Below, piece after piece: positions 44,292 through 55,038 of a DNA stretch of 64,000 bases. The stretch is taken from positions 64,001 to 128,000 of IMG/VR virus record IMGVR_UViG_3300010158_000028; one strand, 5' to 3'. A program made the translations under genes and the position numbers. Every line of letters begins with the position of its first letter. Position 1 is the stretch's first letter. The notes under the pieces were generated by a model. It was not told the origin of the DNA and did no database searches. It saw nothing but the letters and a program-made list of their open reading frames with translations. The DNA comes from a virus.

Positions 44292-47185
44292 TATTTATTC
44301 TCCAGTGCTGTTAGTCTTGTTGTTAATGATTCAATAAGTGCTTGTTGTTCTTGAATACCTTTAATTAGATGTGGAACTAATTCTGTATAACGAACTGAAA
44401 GATAATCTATACCGTCAATTTCATTTGTTACATTATCTAAAGCTTCATCTATTTTTCCAACAATATCTTGTGCAATAATACCAATCCTTCTTTTTGATTC
44501 TGGTATATCAATATCTTTGCGATGATATGTGACACATCTGATAGAATTTAATATAGAGATAGCATTTTCAATTGGTTTTAAATTTGTTTTTAATTTTTCA
44601 TCTGAATAAGTTGACCAAGCACTTGCACCATTAACAATAGTAACACCGACACCAGAAGCATTTAATAATCTTATATCTGGTGTTGCAGAAGATCCATATA
44701 CATCAATAAACCATGCATTTGCGTTATCAGTGCTTCTTCCAAAACTTAATTGTCCACCTTCAGCAGATGAATTTACTCTACCTGTTTTTATTTCGCCAAC
44801 TACTTCAAGAGGCATTCCAGGCGCATTTGTACCAATACCTACATAACCTGATGTATCAATAGTCACTCTGACATTATTGTTTGTGGCAAATTGAGTAACT
44901 GCAGCGCCGGCAGAACCAAATACTGCCGCATTTGCACTTGAACCAACAAACAATCCACCACCAGATGCTCTTTCTACACCAATGGTTGTTCTTTGAGCCG
45001 CGCCATTATTTGTAAAATTTTGACTAGATGCTGTTGTTCCTGTGCCTGTTACCGTAACTACTGGAGTTGCGGAACTTACTTCAAGAATTGTTGATGGTGA
45101 ACTTGTACCAATACCAAGACCTGTGCTATTAAGTCTCATTTTTTCTGTACCAATTGCACCAGTAGAACCGGTATAAAAGTGTATCTCACCAGCGGTACTT
45201 GCTCTATAAAATTTAATAGCTGCAAAATCATTTAAGTAATCTAAACCAATAGAACTTTGCACCGCAGAAGTTCCAGTATTTCCTGTTTTAAGTTTAGAAA
45301 TAAATGCAGAGTCATCACTTCCTCTTGACCAAATTATCTGTGGAATCTCTACACCAGTTCCACCAAGGTCAAGTTTAGCACTAGTAGTTGTTACACCAAT
45401 ACCTACATTAGAGTTAGCAAAAATTGTATTTGAGTAAATTAAATTCAATGCACTGATTGTACCGCCAGTACCTGTAATACTAAGACCATCAGCATTTAAT
45501 GTGCCTGCAACGGTCAATGTACCACCAAATGTTCCTGTGGTATTTGCTAATGCATTATTGGCTTTTAAGAAAGCACTATTAGCATAACTACCTGCACTGT
45601 TAGCTGTTAAGTATGCACTATTAGCGTAACTACCTGCACTGTTTGCAGCTTGAAATGCTCCATTAGCATAACTTGATGCACTATTAGCTGTGCTTCTAGC
45701 CAAAGAATCTGGACTACCTGTATTTGCCGCAGCATAGGCACTATTAGCGTAACTACCTGCACTGTTTGCAGCTTGAAATGCACCATTGGCATATGATGCT
45801 GCAGATGTAATATTTGTATTTTGTGTAATGTTTACTACGTTAGCATTGTTAGCAGTTGCAAAAGCACCATTGGCATATGATGCTGCTGATATAGATACAT
45901 TAGCTTGTGCAAAAGCACCGTTAGCATATGATGCTGCAGATGTAATATTTGTATTCTGCGTAATGTTTACTACGTTAGAATTGTTAGCAGTTGCAAAAGC
46001 AGCATTAGCGGTTGAATTTGCAGTTGATATGTTTGTATTTTGTTGTGCATTAACACCATAAAAATAACTGTTACTAGCTGCAGTATTCTGAGTAGATCCA
46101 TCAGAAAATATTATACCACCATTAGCTAAAAATGTATTTGAGTAAATGACATTTACACCACTAATAGTTCCAAGAGTTCCTGTTGATGTAATAGTATTAG
46201 CAACCAAATTACCACTGACAGTTAAATCGCCAGCAAATGTTCCTGTCGTGTTTGCTAATGCATTATTGGCTTTTGTATATGCACTATTAGCATAACTACT
46301 AGCACTATTTGCAGCACTTCTTGCCCACGAGTCGGCTCCAGAACCAGAATTAGCAGCAGCAAAAGCAGCATTAGCATAAACACCTGCACTATTAGCTGCT
46401 TGGTATGCACTGTTGGCATATGAACCTGAAGCACCGCCAGAACCAGAATTTGCTTGAGCAAAAGCAGCATTAGCATAAACACCAGCACTGTTAGCAGCTT
46501 GAAATGCAGCATTAGCATAACTAGCTGCACTATTAGCAGTACCTAATGTAATGTAATTAGCTGATGCATTGGCAGTTAAAAATGCACCATTGGCATATGA
46601 TGATGCGGATGTTATATTTGTATTTTGTAAATCATTAACACCATAACTATAAGTATTAATTGTATTAGCAAATGCATATGCGGAGTTAGCATAACTACCT
46701 GCACTTATGGCATTTGTATTGGATGTGTTTGCTTGAACAAAACCACTATTAGCATATGAAGAAGCAGCGTTGGTTGCATTTCTTGCCCATGAATCTACAG
46801 AACCCGCAGCAACACTATTAGCAAGAGCAAAAGCAGAATTGGCATATGAACCAGCACTTATAGCATTTGTGTTGGCAGTATTAGCAGCAGTGAAAGCACT
46901 ATTGGCAATACCATATGCACTGTTAGCATAATTACCTGTAGAGTTTTGACTCAGATAAGCAGAGTTGGCTTGAAGATATGCACTATTTGCATATGAACCT
47001 GAAGCACCGCCAGAACCAGAATTTGCTTGAGCAAAGGCAGCATTAGCATAAACACCAGCACTGTTAGCAGTTTGAAATGCAGAATTTGAATAATTAGAGT
47101 ATAGATTGCCAGTTACTATTAAATTATTAAAAGTAAAATCTGCTGAACTATTTGCTGAGTATGGTTCTATTTTAACTAATGGCAT
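44291..47185 (-). CDS. Tail fibre-like protein with YAN repeats and a C-terminal S74-type intramolecular chaperone
   Basis: ANSAxxYAN repeats, GIGT..P repeats, YSDEKLK...GIIAQD...VRY.ELVPHLIKGIQE. Confidence 0.85.
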   Translation of the reverse strand: MPLVKIEPYSANSSADFTFNNLIVTGNLYSNYSNSAFQTANSAGVYANAAFAQANSGSGGASGSYANSAYLQANSAYLSQNSTGNYANSAYGIANSAFTAANTANTNAISAGSYANSAFALANSVAAGSVDSWARNATNAASSYANSGFVQANTSNTNAISAGSYANSAYAFANTINTYSYGVNDLQNTNITSASSYANGAFLTANASANYITLGTANSAASYANAAFQAANSAGVYANAAFAQANSGSGGASGSYANSAYQAANSAGVYANAAFAAANSGSGADSWARSAANSASSYANSAYTKANNALANTTGTFAGDLTVSGNLVANTITSTGTLGTISGVNVIYSNTFLANGGIIFSDGSTQNTAASNSYFYGVNAQQNTNISTANSTANAAFATANNSNVVNITQNTNITSAASYANGAFAQANVSISAASYANGAFATANNANVVNITQNTNITSAASYANGAFQAANSAGSYANSAYAAANTGSPDSLARSTANSASSYANGAFQAANSAGSYANSAYLTANSAGSYANSAFLKANNALANTTGTFGGTLTVAGTLNADGLSITGTGGTISALNLIYSNTIFANSNVGIGVTTTSAKLDLGGTGVEIPQIIWSRGSDDSAFISKLKTGNTGTSAVQSSIGLDYLNDFAAIKFYRASTAGEIHFYTGSTGAIGTEKMRLNSTGLGIGTSSPSTILEVSSATPVVTVTGTGTTASSQNFTNNGAAQRTTIGVERASGGGLFVGSSANAAVFGSAGAAVTQFATNNNVRVTIDTSGYVGIGTNAPGMPLEVVGEIKTGRVNSSAEGGQLSFGRSTDNANAWFIDVYGSSATPDIRLLNASGVGVTIVNGASAWSTYSDEKLKTNLKPIENAISILNSIRCVTYHRKDIDIPESKRRIGIIAQDIVGKIDEALDNVTNEIDGIDYLSVRYTELVPHLIKGIQEQQALIESLTTRLTALENK
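46416..47070. repeat. Near-identical ~80-bp direct repeat (46416-46497 and 46989-47070) inside the fibre gene
   Basis: In-frame copies 573 nt apart with one visible mismatch. Confidence 0.8.
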
Positions 47186-47221
47186 TTAAATATTCCTGTT
47201 GTTTCTCGTATTTATTAAACT

Positions 47222-48148
47222 TTAAAATGTTATAGAACCAGATGATTTGAATATATAAATTCTATTATTACTATCTAATATGTAAATTGGTGATCCTGTG
47301 TTTGCACTTGCTAAAGGATAAGTATCTGGATATTTTATTATAACTGCACCAGAACCACCAGCACCACCAGCAATAGCTGGAGAATCTCCACCACCGCCGC
47401 CACCTCCACCAGTATTTGCTGTTGCTGAAGAACCTGCTCCTTGACCTGTTCCTCCCGCTGCACCACCGCCAGAACCTCCAGCACCACCAGCATTACCTGT
47501 AAGACCAGCACCACCGCCACCACCACCAGAAAAATAAACACTTGATGATACTACTTGTCCAACTGATTGTGCAGTAGCTATAGATGTTGTTATTATTGTA
47601 GTTGTATTTCCTATACCTCCAGCACCACCTACTCTAGTTCCACTTCGGTCACTACCCACTGCACCTGCGCCACCGCCGCCAGCACCACCAAGAAAACCTC
47701 CTGCTCCGCTTGAACTACCGCCATTATTTCCTTGTCCTGCTGTTCCTAAACCACCTGGCGCTGTTCCCGCATTAGCTTCACCAACACCGCCACCACCTCC
47801 AGAACCACCAGGAAGACCAGCAGCTAGTGAAGAACTAATATATCCACCGCCTTTACCACCACCAATAGATATAATTGAAGTAGAAGAACCAACTATACTA
47901 CTATTGTTACCACTCACTGCATTATTAGCACCTGAAGTTGCACCTGTTCCACCAGAACCTACAGTAATTGTATATGTTGCATTAACAGCACTAAATGATC
48001 CCGTAAGAAAACCACCTGCACCGCCACCGCCACCACGTTTTGAACCACCGCCACCACCACCCGCAACAACAAGATATGTAACTGCAGGAATTACAACGGG
48101 TGAATAAGCAAGTCCGCCAGTAATTATTCCTCCACCATTAATTAACAT
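47222..48148 (-). CDS. Glycine-rich putative virion/receptor-binding protein
   Basis: YLVVAGGGGGG...GGGGAGG, GGSGAVIIKY, IYIFKSSGSITF. Confidence 0.75.
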   Translation of the reverse strand: MLINGGGIITGGLAYSPVVIPAVTYLVVAGGGGGGSKRGGGGGAGGFLTGSFSAVNATYTITVGSGGTGATSGANNAVSGNNSSIVGSSTSIISIGGGKGGGYISSSLAAGLPGGSGGGGGVGEANAGTAPGGLGTAGQGNNGGSSSGAGGFLGGAGGGGAGAVGSDRSGTRVGGAGGIGNTTTIITTSIATAQSVGQVVSSSVYFSGGGGGGAGLTGNAGGAGGSGGGAAGGTGQGAGSSATANTGGGGGGGGDSPAIAGGAGGSGAVIIKYPDTYPLASANTGSPIYILDSNNRIYIFKSSGSITF

Positions 48149-48161
48149 TTATCATTCTCTC

Positions 48162-49055
48162 TTAAAATGTTATTGAACCAGAAGATGTAAATTTGTATAT
48201 TCTAAAACCACCAGTAACTGTGACTGTTGGTGATCCTGTATTTGCTGATGCTGCGTTATAATAATCTGGATATTTTAATACTACTACACCTGAACCGCCA
48301 CCGCCAGCACCTTCACCGTTTGCAGCACCACTTCCTCCGCTACCAGTATTTGCTGTTCCACTCGAACCGGCTGCTCCAAACCAACCGTTGTATCTAACAC
48401 CAGGTCCTCCACTAGAATAAGTAATACTAGATCCGGTGATACTATTTGAAATTCCAGCACCGCCAGAAACTGGGCCCGCACCACCAGTATAATTAGCTCC
48501 CACACCGCCAGCACCACCACCACCGCCACTACCACCAAAGTTGCCACTAACATATGTACCATTACCGCCATCATAACCTTGTCTTGTTGCTTCATCAATA
48601 TATGTTGATCCTGAATACACTCCTTTTCCGCCCACAGCTCCAGTTGTGCCACTAGTTAATCCACTAGCGCCGCCACCACCAGAGCCGCCAGAAGTGCCTG
48701 GAGTTCGTGATGGTGCACCTCCTCCACCTCCACCATACGATAATACAGAAATTCCAGAACCACTGATAGAAGTATTTGATCCGTTATTTCCTTGTTTATT
48801 AGTGCCACTAGCTATTGCAGCACCACCAGCACCTACTGTTATTGTAAAAGTATTACCATATGAAACTGAAGAAATTGTTGATGTTAAGTAACCACCAGCA
48901 CCACCGCCACCACCACTCTCAGAAGATGAAGAACCAGTAGCTCCTGATGCACCGCCCCCTACTGCAAGATATTCCATATTAAGTATAGCGGTAACTGGTG
49001 GAGGTTCATAAAAATTAAAATTACCTCTAATAGTTGTTCCACCTCTAATTATCAT
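48162..49055 (-). CDS. Glycine-rich protein, paralogue of 47222-48148
   Basis: Same architecture, ending IYKFTSSGSITF. Confidence 0.75.
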   Translation of the reverse strand: MIIRGGTTIRGNFNFYEPPPVTAILNMEYLAVGGGASGATGSSSSESGGGGGAGGYLTSTISSVSYGNTFTITVGAGGAAIASGTNKQGNNGSNTSISGSGISVLSYGGGGGGAPSRTPGTSGGSGGGGASGLTSGTTGAVGGKGVYSGSTYIDEATRQGYDGGNGTYVSGNFGGSGGGGGAGGVGANYTGGAGPVSGGAGISNSITGSSITYSSGGPGVRYNGWFGAAGSSGTANTGSGGSGAANGEGAGGGGSGVVVLKYPDYYNAASANTGSPTVTVTGGFRIYKFTSSGSITF

Positions 49056-49071
49056 TTATAGTCTCTCATTA

Positions 49072-49449
49072 TTATGTTGTAATTTCTAGAAGTTTCCAGT
49101 TAATAGTTTCTTCATCCCAATCATATAATTTACCATCTGTTGGATAAGGTATTGGTGATTCCCATAAGAATGTAGTTGAATTTAATGTCCAACTAGCAAA
49201 TGGTTTTGGTGGATAAAATACATCCAATTCACTATCATAAATGTAACCAATGCCTGCATAGTTACCACGCATAGCAGGTTTATCATCAGGTTCATTTGTG
49301 ATTGGATCATAGTGTATTCCACCTCTTGTGTTATAGGATGTTTGAATCCATAATGAAGGATTACCAAATAAACCGGTATCAATTACATCTTGTTCTACTA
49401 CTATTACTTGAGTAACAATACCACCTTCCACTTTTGCAAAATGACTCAT
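49072..49449 (-). CDS. Hypothetical protein (MSHFAK... type) next to the glycine-rich genes
   Basis: WIQTSYN, RGNYAGIGY.YD...D.F.PPKPF.SW. Confidence 0.75.
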   Translation of the reverse strand: MSHFAKVEGGIVTQVIVVEQDVIDTGLFGNPSLWIQTSYNTRGGIHYDPITNEPDDKPAMRGNYAGIGYIYDSELDVFYPPKPFASWTLNSTTFLWESPIPYPTDGKLYDWDEETINWKLLEITT

Positions 49450-49469
49450 ATTTTTTTCTCCTATTACTT

Positions 49470-49652
49470 TTATCCTGTAGAATAATTATTATATGTATCA
49501 CTAGGTGTTAAAATTGTTGGATCAGTGCTTGGATCAGATTCAATATATAATATTTTTACTGCACCAATATCATTTAAACTTGATATTAAATTGGCATATG
49601 AACCCTCAAATGTTATAACTTCAGAACATATATTGTAAGTTAAAGTAGCCAT
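49470..49652 (-). CDS. 60-aa hypothetical protein
   Basis: Tightly packed ORF within the operon. Confidence 0.55.
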   Translation of the reverse strand: MATLTYNICSEVITFEGSYANLISSLNDIGAVKILYIESDPSTDPTILTPSDTYNNYSTG

Positions 49653-49653
49653 A

Positions 49654-50715
49654 TTATGTAGCGTTCGTTTGTATAATTACACCATACTTGGTGCAGACAT
49701 TAAAGAATGTGTATGTATTATCATTAAGACTAACCGTGTCTCCAGTTGTTCCCATACCACCAGTTGTCCAATAAATTGGAACAACACCTGTAACATATTG
49801 TGTTGGATATCCTATTTGCTGCATACTATAAAATACTGGTGATACAACATATTTTGGATTACCTGATGCATCAATTGTATTTGTTCTACGACCAGTTCCC
49901 GTTTGAGCAATAGTTAATGTTGCTGCTGTGTTTGTACCTATATCATATATTGGATAATTAGTTCCACCATTTGGATTAGTTACATTACTAGTAAAAGCAG
50001 CTATACCCCAAGTGACTGCTGTGGAAGCAGTTGAGTATAATGTTGCTCCAGAAGTTGTATATGTAGTTAAAGCACTTGCTGATGTTCCTGCATAATGATT
50101 ATACATTACAAATGGTGCAGTACCATAAAATGTGTGAGCATTAGTCATTGACGATTCCCACAATCCAACCATTCCCACATTTTCACAAATTAATGTGCAA
50201 TGTCTTTGATTGGCAATAAGATAATAAGTTTGACTAGTAGAACCAAAACTTGAAGTTAAACCGTAAGTATCTCTAGTAGCTATGTTTGCAGCAGTAGAAT
50301 TAATATATAATCTAGGCGTTTCACCCGTAACAACTCCTACTGATGATGCATTTGAACCGGCAGTAACGGTAAAACCTGCATTAAACGATGTATTACTAGA
50401 ATAATTATATGGATTTAATGTAATATATTTTAATGCTGAACCAGAAAGACATGGTGCTGAAAAACAAAAGTTCCATGATGTTCCATCGGGTGCAGTAGTT
50501 TCACTAGATGTTGCAATTGTTGGTCGGTCTACAGAATGATTACTACCAACATAAGTCCATCCTGCAGCGGTTGAATCAAATATGACAGAAGATGATTGAG
50601 AAAATCCACTCAACAAACTTGTGCTTGGTGAAGAGTTGGTTATTAATCTTCCAATGTCTCTTAAATAAAACAATGGATTAACATAGGTTGATGGAGTTAC
50701 TAATTTTGCATACAT
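49654..50715 (-). CDS. Ser/Thr-rich putative virion protein
   Basis: Paralogue of 50728-51780. Confidence 0.7.
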   Translation of the reverse strand: MYAKLVTPSTYVNPLFYLRDIGRLITNSSPSTSLLSGFSQSSSVIFDSTAAGWTYVGSNHSVDRPTIATSSETTAPDGTSWNFCFSAPCLSGSALKYITLNPYNYSSNTSFNAGFTVTAGSNASSVGVVTGETPRLYINSTAANIATRDTYGLTSSFGSTSQTYYLIANQRHCTLICENVGMVGLWESSMTNAHTFYGTAPFVMYNHYAGTSASALTTYTTSGATLYSTASTAVTWGIAAFTSNVTNPNGGTNYPIYDIGTNTAATLTIAQTGTGRRTNTIDASGNPKYVVSPVFYSMQQIGYPTQYVTGVVPIYWTTGGMGTTGDTVSLNDNTYTFFNVCTKYGVIIQTNAT

Positions 50716-50727
50716 ATTATTTTCCTG

Positions 50728-51780
50728 TTAACCTGCTACATTAACTATTAAACCAAATTTTGTAGATACGTCAATAAACGCATAATCTACTCCATTGACA
50801 CTAATAGTATCACCGGTACTTCCTATAGAAGGTTTAGTAAGATATACTGGCGTTACACCCGTAACATACTGTGTTGGATAACCTATTTTATCCATTGAAT
50901 AGAATATAGGTTGCACAACATATTTTGGATTTCCTCCCGAATCAATAGTGCCGCTTCTTAGTGTAGTAGAAGTTGTTGCTTGGACTAAATGAAACCCGGT
51001 TAAATTATTTGTTGCCAAATCATATACACCATAATTAGTTCCTGTATTTGGATCAGTTACATTAAATGTGTTAGCAAATAAAGCCCAATTACCACTAGCA
51101 GTATATACTGTAGGTGTGATTGCTGTTCCTATTGCAGAAATTGCAGAAATATTTCTATGTGTAAGTGATACGAAAGGTGCTGTGCCATAATAATTATGAG
51201 CATTAGTCATTGACGATTCCCATATAGCACCTAAACTATTTCCATCTAATAGAATTGTTAAATGCCTTGCACTTGCTATTATATAATAAACTGTACCAGC
51301 TGCACATGAAAAAGATAATGATGTGTTATTTGCATTTAGTCCTGAAGTGGAAATAGTTCCATTAGTATACAAACGAGCACTTTCATTTGTAACAACACCT
51401 AGAGATGATGCACTGCTTGCTCCAGTAAGACACCATCCATTTGGATAAGTACCAACACCTTGATTAAGACCGTAGTTATATACACTAAATATAGCATACT
51501 TCAATGCAGAACCAGAGAGGCATGGTGCTGAAAAACAAAGATTCCATTGAGCGCCATCACCAATTGTGCTACCATCTCCAATTGTTGGTCGATCTGCTGC
51601 ATGATTGCTACCAACATAAGTCCATCCTGCTGGTGTTGCATCATATACAACAGACGAAGCAACATTGAATGCCTGTAATAGACTTGTGCTTGGAGTAGCT
51701 GAAGTTATTAATCTTCCTATATCTCTCATTATTCCTGTAGAGAAAACATTAGAAGAACCAATTACTAATTTAGCAAACAT
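50728..51780 (-). CDS. Ser/Thr-rich putative virion protein
   Basis: Shares RDIGRLIT, AGWTYVGSNH, CFSAPCLSGSALKY and IGYPTQYVTGV with its neighbour. Confidence 0.7.
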   Translation of the reverse strand: MFAKLVIGSSNVFSTGIMRDIGRLITSATPSTSLLQAFNVASSVVYDATPAGWTYVGSNHAADRPTIGDGSTIGDGAQWNLCFSAPCLSGSALKYAIFSVYNYGLNQGVGTYPNGWCLTGASSASSLGVVTNESARLYTNGTISTSGLNANNTSLSFSCAAGTVYYIIASARHLTILLDGNSLGAIWESSMTNAHNYYGTAPFVSLTHRNISAISAIGTAITPTVYTASGNWALFANTFNVTDPNTGTNYGVYDLATNNLTGFHLVQATTSTTLRSGTIDSGGNPKYVVQPIFYSMDKIGYPTQYVTGVTPVYLTKPSIGSTGDTISVNGVDYAFIDVSTKFGLIVNVAG

Positions 51781-51782
51781 TT

Positions 51783-51998
51783 CTATAATCCTTCAGGTGT
51801 ATAAAACACATTAATTTTTTCATCAGTAAAACTTAAAATTTCATTAGATGGTGTAATAAAATATAAAATAAATTTAACAACCAAATAGTTAAAACTTATT
51901 GATTTTTCTTGCATTAAAGATTGCAATTCACTAATTTCTCCACTATATGTATAGATTATACAACCATTAAAATATTCTTTAATTTCGTCATTTGTCAT
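51783..51998 (-). CDS. 71-aa hypothetical protein
   Basis: Tightly packed ORF within the operon. Confidence 0.55.
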   Translation of the reverse strand: MTNDEIKEYFNGCIIYTYSGEISELQSLMQEKSISFNYLVVKFILYFITPSNEILSFTDEKINVFYTPEGL

Positions 51999-51999
51999 T

Positions 52000-52479
52000 T
52001 TAATATCCCGAATAATATGTATAAGTAATTGCTATTTTTTGACCAGGTTGACCAATACCAACTTGCGTAATATCCCAAAATAAATAATTACCTGCAGAAA
52101 TTGATATAGATTGACTGACTGTATTAGATTGACCTAAATTATAGTAATAATTTTTTAATCCTGGTACTAAATTAACTGTAGCAACAGTAGAAGAAACATC
52201 ATAATCCGTTCCAGTTTTAAAAGTTAATATAATATTCTGATTTGTTGGTGTTGATGTTGTTGTAGCTTGAATAGTTGTTAATAATGCGGGACCTGCAAAT
52301 CTTAATCCATTTCCAACATTCAATGCTACTTTAGCTGTTCCTGATTGAGATGTGCTAACAGTTAAAGGTTTTGAACCAGCAATTAATTTTGAAGCATCAG
52401 CCGAACTAACACTAACAACATTATTAAAAATTTTTCCAATTGTTGTATCGATTAACACACTTCTCGTTCTTGTTGTCAT
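52000..52479 (-). CDS. Hypothetical beta-rich virion protein
   Basis: Likely start MTTRTR overlaps the upstream stop (TAATG). Confidence 0.65.
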   Translation of the reverse strand: MTTRTRSVLIDTTIGKIFNNVVSVSSADASKLIAGSKPLTVSTSQSGTAKVALNVGNGLRFAGPALLTTIQATTTSTPTNQNIILTFKTGTDYDVSSTVATVNLVPGLKNYYYNLGQSNTVSQSISISAGNYLFWDITQVGIGQPGQKIAITYTYYSGY

Positions 52480-54338
52480 TATTGTAATACCTCTACAGTT
52501 TTTACATGAGCTACCCAACGAACATTTGAACTTGCTGCACCAGTGACGTAAATGTTTACTGTATCCGTTGTATTATTCGCTCTTGCATCTATTGACCAAG
52601 TTCCAATATCTCTATGAATAACTATTTCATATAATGATCCAGCATCAGATGCTATTCCAGAATTATTTATTGCAACACCCTTTAAATGAAATGCTGCATT
52701 TTGATTTGTAACATCTGTTCTTCTTCCAACTATATCTACAGTATAAAACATTGTAGAATTTGATGAAATTGATATTCTATTATTACCATCAATCAACAAC
52801 TCTGTTTCTGTAGCATTAGTTGTTGTTCCTCTTAATATATAATCTTTAACAATGCTGTCACCAGATGAAGAAAAGTTACCAGTAGTTAGTGTTAATCCAT
52901 TTGCAGTAGCAGTAAGTGTAGTATTTGAAAGTGTGATAGAATTGCCAGATGCTGTAGAACCAGAGTTTGTTCCAGAACCGGCAAATATAGTAGAAATTTC
53001 TATAGGTGCATTATTTCCAGGTGCAGATGTAAATGTTAATACTGATCCTGATATACTATATGTAGTTTTTGGTTGAAATAAACCACCAACAGAGACTAGT
53101 GTATAATTTATATTGGATGGTGTTGTGCTTAATGAATATACAGTTTGAGAACCACTTCCTGTAAAATTATCTACAGTTATTGATATTGGTGCTATTGTAT
53201 TTGCAACAGCAAAAGCAGCATTAGCATAAACACCTGCACTATTAGCTGCTTGATATGCACTATTGGCGTATGAACCAGAAGTTACTGATCTTTGGTCTGC
53301 AGTATTAGCTGCAGTAAATGCACCGTTAGCATATGATGATGCAGATGTTATGTTTGTATTCTGTTGTGCATTAACACCATAGAAATAACTATTAGATGTG
53401 TTTGCAAATGAATATGCACTATATGCATAAGTATTTACTGTATTGGCAAATGTAAATGCACCATTTGCATAACTTGATGCACTATTTGCAGCACTTCTTG
53501 CCCAAGAGTCTGGACTACCTGTATTTGCCTGTGCGTATGCACTATTAGCATAACTACCTGCACTGTTAGCTGCATCTCTTGCCCATGAATCAGTTGCAGA
53601 CCCGCCAGTATTTGCAGCTGCAAAAGCAGCGTTAGCATAAACACCTGCACTATTGGCAACTTGATACGCAGCATTAGTTTTATCAAATATGGATGAACCA
53701 TCAAATGTTATACTTTGTGGAGATGCATTTCCATTTGCAGTAATTGTAATACCATTAGTTGGTAAGAAATTAACTGTATCAAGACCTTGCGCTGTTAGGT
53801 ATGTTGTACCGTTTACTTTCCAGTATTTGAAAGTAGAATTTATTCCAACTTTAACAATACCTTGAGATAATGCATTTACATTAAAACCAGAATCAACATC
53901 AAATCTAAGAGCAGATACATTAGATACAACATTACTTACATTACCCGAAGTATCAATTAAACTTACAGTAAGGTTGTTTGTATTTGCAGCACTGTATTGA
54001 CGTGAACCATCACCAAACAATATATAATTATTAACTGTTGCAATATTTGAAGTTAAATTACCAGCAGTTAATAACCCATCAGATTTATTAAATGTTAATC
54101 TAGAATTGCCAGCAAAAATACCTGAATCATTAAATTGGATTTCTTTATTCAGTCCAGAAGGTTGTGTATTTGTAATTGAACCTAAAGTATTGGATGCAGT
54201 TTTATAATAGAGAATACCATCAGCATAATTGATTGTTAATTCGCCATTAGCAAGAGATGCTACAGTTGGGACGTTTCCTGTATTTCCAGAGGAACGTAAT
54301 GTAATTACTGTATTTGCTATTGCTGGTGGTCCTGACAT
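52479..54338 (-). CDS. Fibre-like structural protein with YAN repeats
   Basis: N-terminal 'LANGELTINYADG.LYYK' fibre-type module and YAN repeats. Confidence 0.7.
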   Translation of the reverse strand: MSGPPAIANTVITLRSSGNTGNVPTVASLANGELTINYADGILYYKTASNTLGSITNTQPSGLNKEIQFNDSGIFAGNSRLTFNKSDGLLTAGNLTSNIATVNNYILFGDGSRQYSAANTNNLTVSLIDTSGNVSNVVSNVSALRFDVDSGFNVNALSQGIVKVGINSTFKYWKVNGTTYLTAQGLDTVNFLPTNGITITANGNASPQSITFDGSSIFDKTNAAYQVANSAGVYANAAFAAANTGGSATDSWARDAANSAGSYANSAYAQANTGSPDSWARSAANSASSYANGAFTFANTVNTYAYSAYSFANTSNSYFYGVNAQQNTNITSASSYANGAFTAANTADQRSVTSGSYANSAYQAANSAGVYANAAFAVANTIAPISITVDNFTGSGSQTVYSLSTTPSNINYTLVSVGGLFQPKTTYSISGSVLTFTSAPGNNAPIEISTIFAGSGTNSGSTASGNSITLSNTTLTATANGLTLTTGNFSSSGDSIVKDYILRGTTTNATETELLIDGNNRISISSNSTMFYTVDIVGRRTDVTNQNAAFHLKGVAINNSGIASDAGSLYEIVIHRDIGTWSIDARANNTTDTVNIYVTGAASSNVRWVAHVKTVEVLQ

Positions 54339-55015
54339 TAAAACGAACCGCCCGGAGATTCAATTTTTAATTCTACATCATCGGTTAGTATATTATCAGT
54401 AGATTGCATCATACTTGTTGTCTTTTTTTTCTTTATATTAGGAATTGATTTTTCTAACTGTATAATATAATCGTTTTTAGTATTTAGTTGTTCTTCCAAA
54501 TCCTTTATTCTAGACTCAAGTTTGATTTTTTCAGTGTTTAATACAGATTCAAGATTGTTTTTTTGATTAGTTAAATTAGAAATTTCATCATTCTTTACTC
54601 TGATATCATTTTCTAATCTGGCTTTTTCCTGATATTGACCATTAACTTCATTTTGCAATCTATTCTTTTCATTATTTAAATTTGAAATCTGTTCATCTTT
54701 AGATTTAACAGTATTTTCTAAATTGGTTTTTTCTTCTAATAATTTATTTTTTTCATTGTTTAAATCCAATTCAATAGAAGATAACTTCTGATTTAATTTA
54801 TTTTCTAAATCAGTTTTCTCTTCTATTAATTTGGATATTTCAAGTTTTATGGTTTCATAGTCACCGACTTTCTTTTCATATGAGTCGGTGATTATCTTTA
54901 CATCTTCTTCTTGCAATGCCATTTTAGTCTGAAACAATAAATTCTGTTTCAATACGGCATTAAAATTATCAAATGTTACATCATTGTGTTTCTTTAAAAA
55001 ACGAGTTTCTGACAT
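54338..55015 (-). CDS. Coiled-coil hypothetical protein
   Basis: Heptad-rich with internal repeats (KDEQISNLNNEKN / KNDEISNLTNQKN). Confidence 0.7.
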   Translation of the reverse strand: MSETRFLKKHNDVTFDNFNAVLKQNLLFQTKMALQEEDVKIITDSYEKKVGDYETIKLEISKLIEEKTDLENKLNQKLSSIELDLNNEKNKLLEEKTNLENTVKSKDEQISNLNNEKNRLQNEVNGQYQEKARLENDIRVKNDEISNLTNQKNNLESVLNTEKIKLESRIKDLEEQLNTKNDYIIQLEKSIPNIKKKKTTSMMQSTDNILTDDVELKIESPGGSF

Positions 55016-55038
55016 TATAAAATCCTTTCATGATATTT

